Made by a program: the position numbers and the translations under genes
Notes under the pieces: generated by a model
Told to the model about the DNA's origin: nothing
What the model saw: the letters and a program-made list of their open reading frames with translations, nothing else
Database searches by the model: none
Shown: positions 62,958-64,000 of the stretch, one piece after another
Numbering within the stretch: position 1 is the first letter of the stretch
Layout: every line of letters starts with the position of its first letter
Source: a bacterium
Lineage (GTDB): Bacteria > UBA8248
NCBI GenBank assembly: GCA_965203325.1
Contig: OZ241875.1
Location: forward strand, 448,001-512,000
Direction of reading: 5' to 3'
Length of the DNA stretch: 64,000 nt

Positions 62958-63309
62958 CACCGCCTCCATGGTTCACCATCCAATGCCAGGGCACGTTATA
63001 CACCACTCGCTTCCATGGAGGCCAGAAGGCCCGCCCGGCTGGCGCCGCTGCGGGCAAATGCGGGCAATTGCGCGGTCCGGAAAAACTTTTTTAATTCGAT
63101 AAATTTCGATAAAAATATAATACTTTAAATCAGGTTTACATTGTAACTTATTGAATAATTGCTGATTTCCATGTTGATTCGATCCTCGAACAATTTCAGG
63201 AATTTATCCATATTTATCGAATTTTACGGGAAATATCATTACTTTCATTTCCGCCTCGTTCTCGAACACATACGAGCCGTCCCTGGTGAGAAAAAGCCCC
63301 CCTGGGGAG

Positions 63310-63390
63310 GTCGAACGCGTGTGAGGAAAGCGTGTCGAACGCGACTGATGAAGGAGTGTCGAACGCGACTGATGAGGGAGCGTTCGAAGA
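63310..63390. repeat. 24-bp tandem repeat (about 3.5 units)
   Basis: GTCGAACGCGTGTGAGGAAAGCGT / GTCGAACGCGACTGATGAAGGAGT / GTCGAACGCGACTGATGAGGGAGC. Confidence 0.8.
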
Positions 63391-63619
63391 CTCTTCATAA
63401 AGGTCCGCCGCCCTCGCCCTCGCCCCGTCACCGCATCCCATGAGAAAGCCTCCGCGCCTTTGCGTTCCGTTCCGGCCCATGCGGGAGATACCGCTCCCCC
63501 GCGCCGCGCGCACGATACCGGATTCCGGGATTGCGGGGATAACGGTAATTGCGGGGAAATGCGGGGTCAAAGCCGATTGATGAATGAGGCTTTGCTCGCT
63601 TATACAGGTGTGGAGCCTT

Positions 63620-63647
63620 CGTAGGGGCGGCTCGCGAGCCGCCCGTG
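63620..63647. repeat. GTAG REP palindrome
   Basis: cGTAGGGGCGGCTCGCGAGCCGCCC; same family as the REP at 2181. Confidence 0.75.
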
Positions 63648-63760
63648 CGGAACAGCATTCCCCGGGCCTGCTGCGCTTCGTTCTTCACCGCCACGAACTT
63701 CATGCTCGGGCGGGAGGCCGCCTCGTAGATCGTCTGCCTGTGCGCGGGGTTGTCCTTGGC
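63645..63760 (-). pseudogene. IS110-family transposase fragment
   Basis: KDNPAHRQTIYEAASRPSMKFVAVKNEAQQARGMLFRT resembles the IS110 segment K.D..DA.AI.EA..RP.MRFV.VK...QQ. Confidence 0.65.
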
Positions 63761-64000
63761 TGGAAACATGATGTGGTTAAAACGTAGCGGGTGCCGCCGC
63801 GGACCGTTCCGGGGCCCATTCGCCGAACCGACCGGCGAACGTAAGCCCAAAGAACATCGCAACTTGAATTAGATACAAAGAGGACCGAGATATGGATAGC
63901 ACATTTGATGCCGCTGAATTCGTAAAGGACATAGGGGTTCTTCTGGTGCATGCCTATGACGGGGCGCGAAAGGCGACGACACCGGGATTGGTGGGGAGTG

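Noticed and set aside
63102..63130. dif site
   Set aside because: There is only partial resemblance to XerC/XerD arms, with wrong spacing and no TTATGTTAAAT.
63310..63390. CRISPR array or hammerhead ribozyme (CTGATGA cores)
   Set aside because: The units are contiguous with no unique spacers and there are no cas genes; I could not build the GAAA and three-stem hammerhead fold.

Overview
This is a 64-kb bacterial chromosome segment, most likely from a marine-sponge symbiont; that assignment is inferred from the sup-type PKS operon, and the taxon cannot be fixed from the sequence alone. A GC-rich housekeeping backbone (M50 protease, LpoA-like lipoprotein, SDR, dusB, tsaD ... ctpA, tkt, eno, nrdR, rpiB, dksA-like, rsfS, nadD, proB, obgE, rpmA, rplU, hinT, yqgE, mnmA) is interrupted between tsaD and ctpA by a ~30-kb accessory region. 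That region contains: (i) a decayed IS66/DUF4338 element fused to a truncated permease; (ii) a sup-type operon (KS-AT-DH-MT-ER-KR-ACP-KS-AT0 megasynthase, ACP, PPTase, alpha/beta hydrolase); (iii) gene remnants and two tandem tyrosine recombinases with a small HTH gene; (iv) a LuxR-associated surface-protein locus. The last includes a 1709-aa lipoprotein with five TbpB-like barrel modules and one HExxH metalloprotease, a second barrel lipoprotein, two secreted proteins, and a duplicated ~95-bp cassette carrying a palindromic operator. Non-coding signals include GTAG REP doublets and MITE-like elements, a perfect parS-like palindrome at 40762, a phased TTCGATAAAT 10-mer in three intergenic regions, and a smooth low-GC trough (~43-60.5 kb) lying over core genes. 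No rRNA, tRNA or CRISPR array was found. All family assignments are by motif recognition, not database search.
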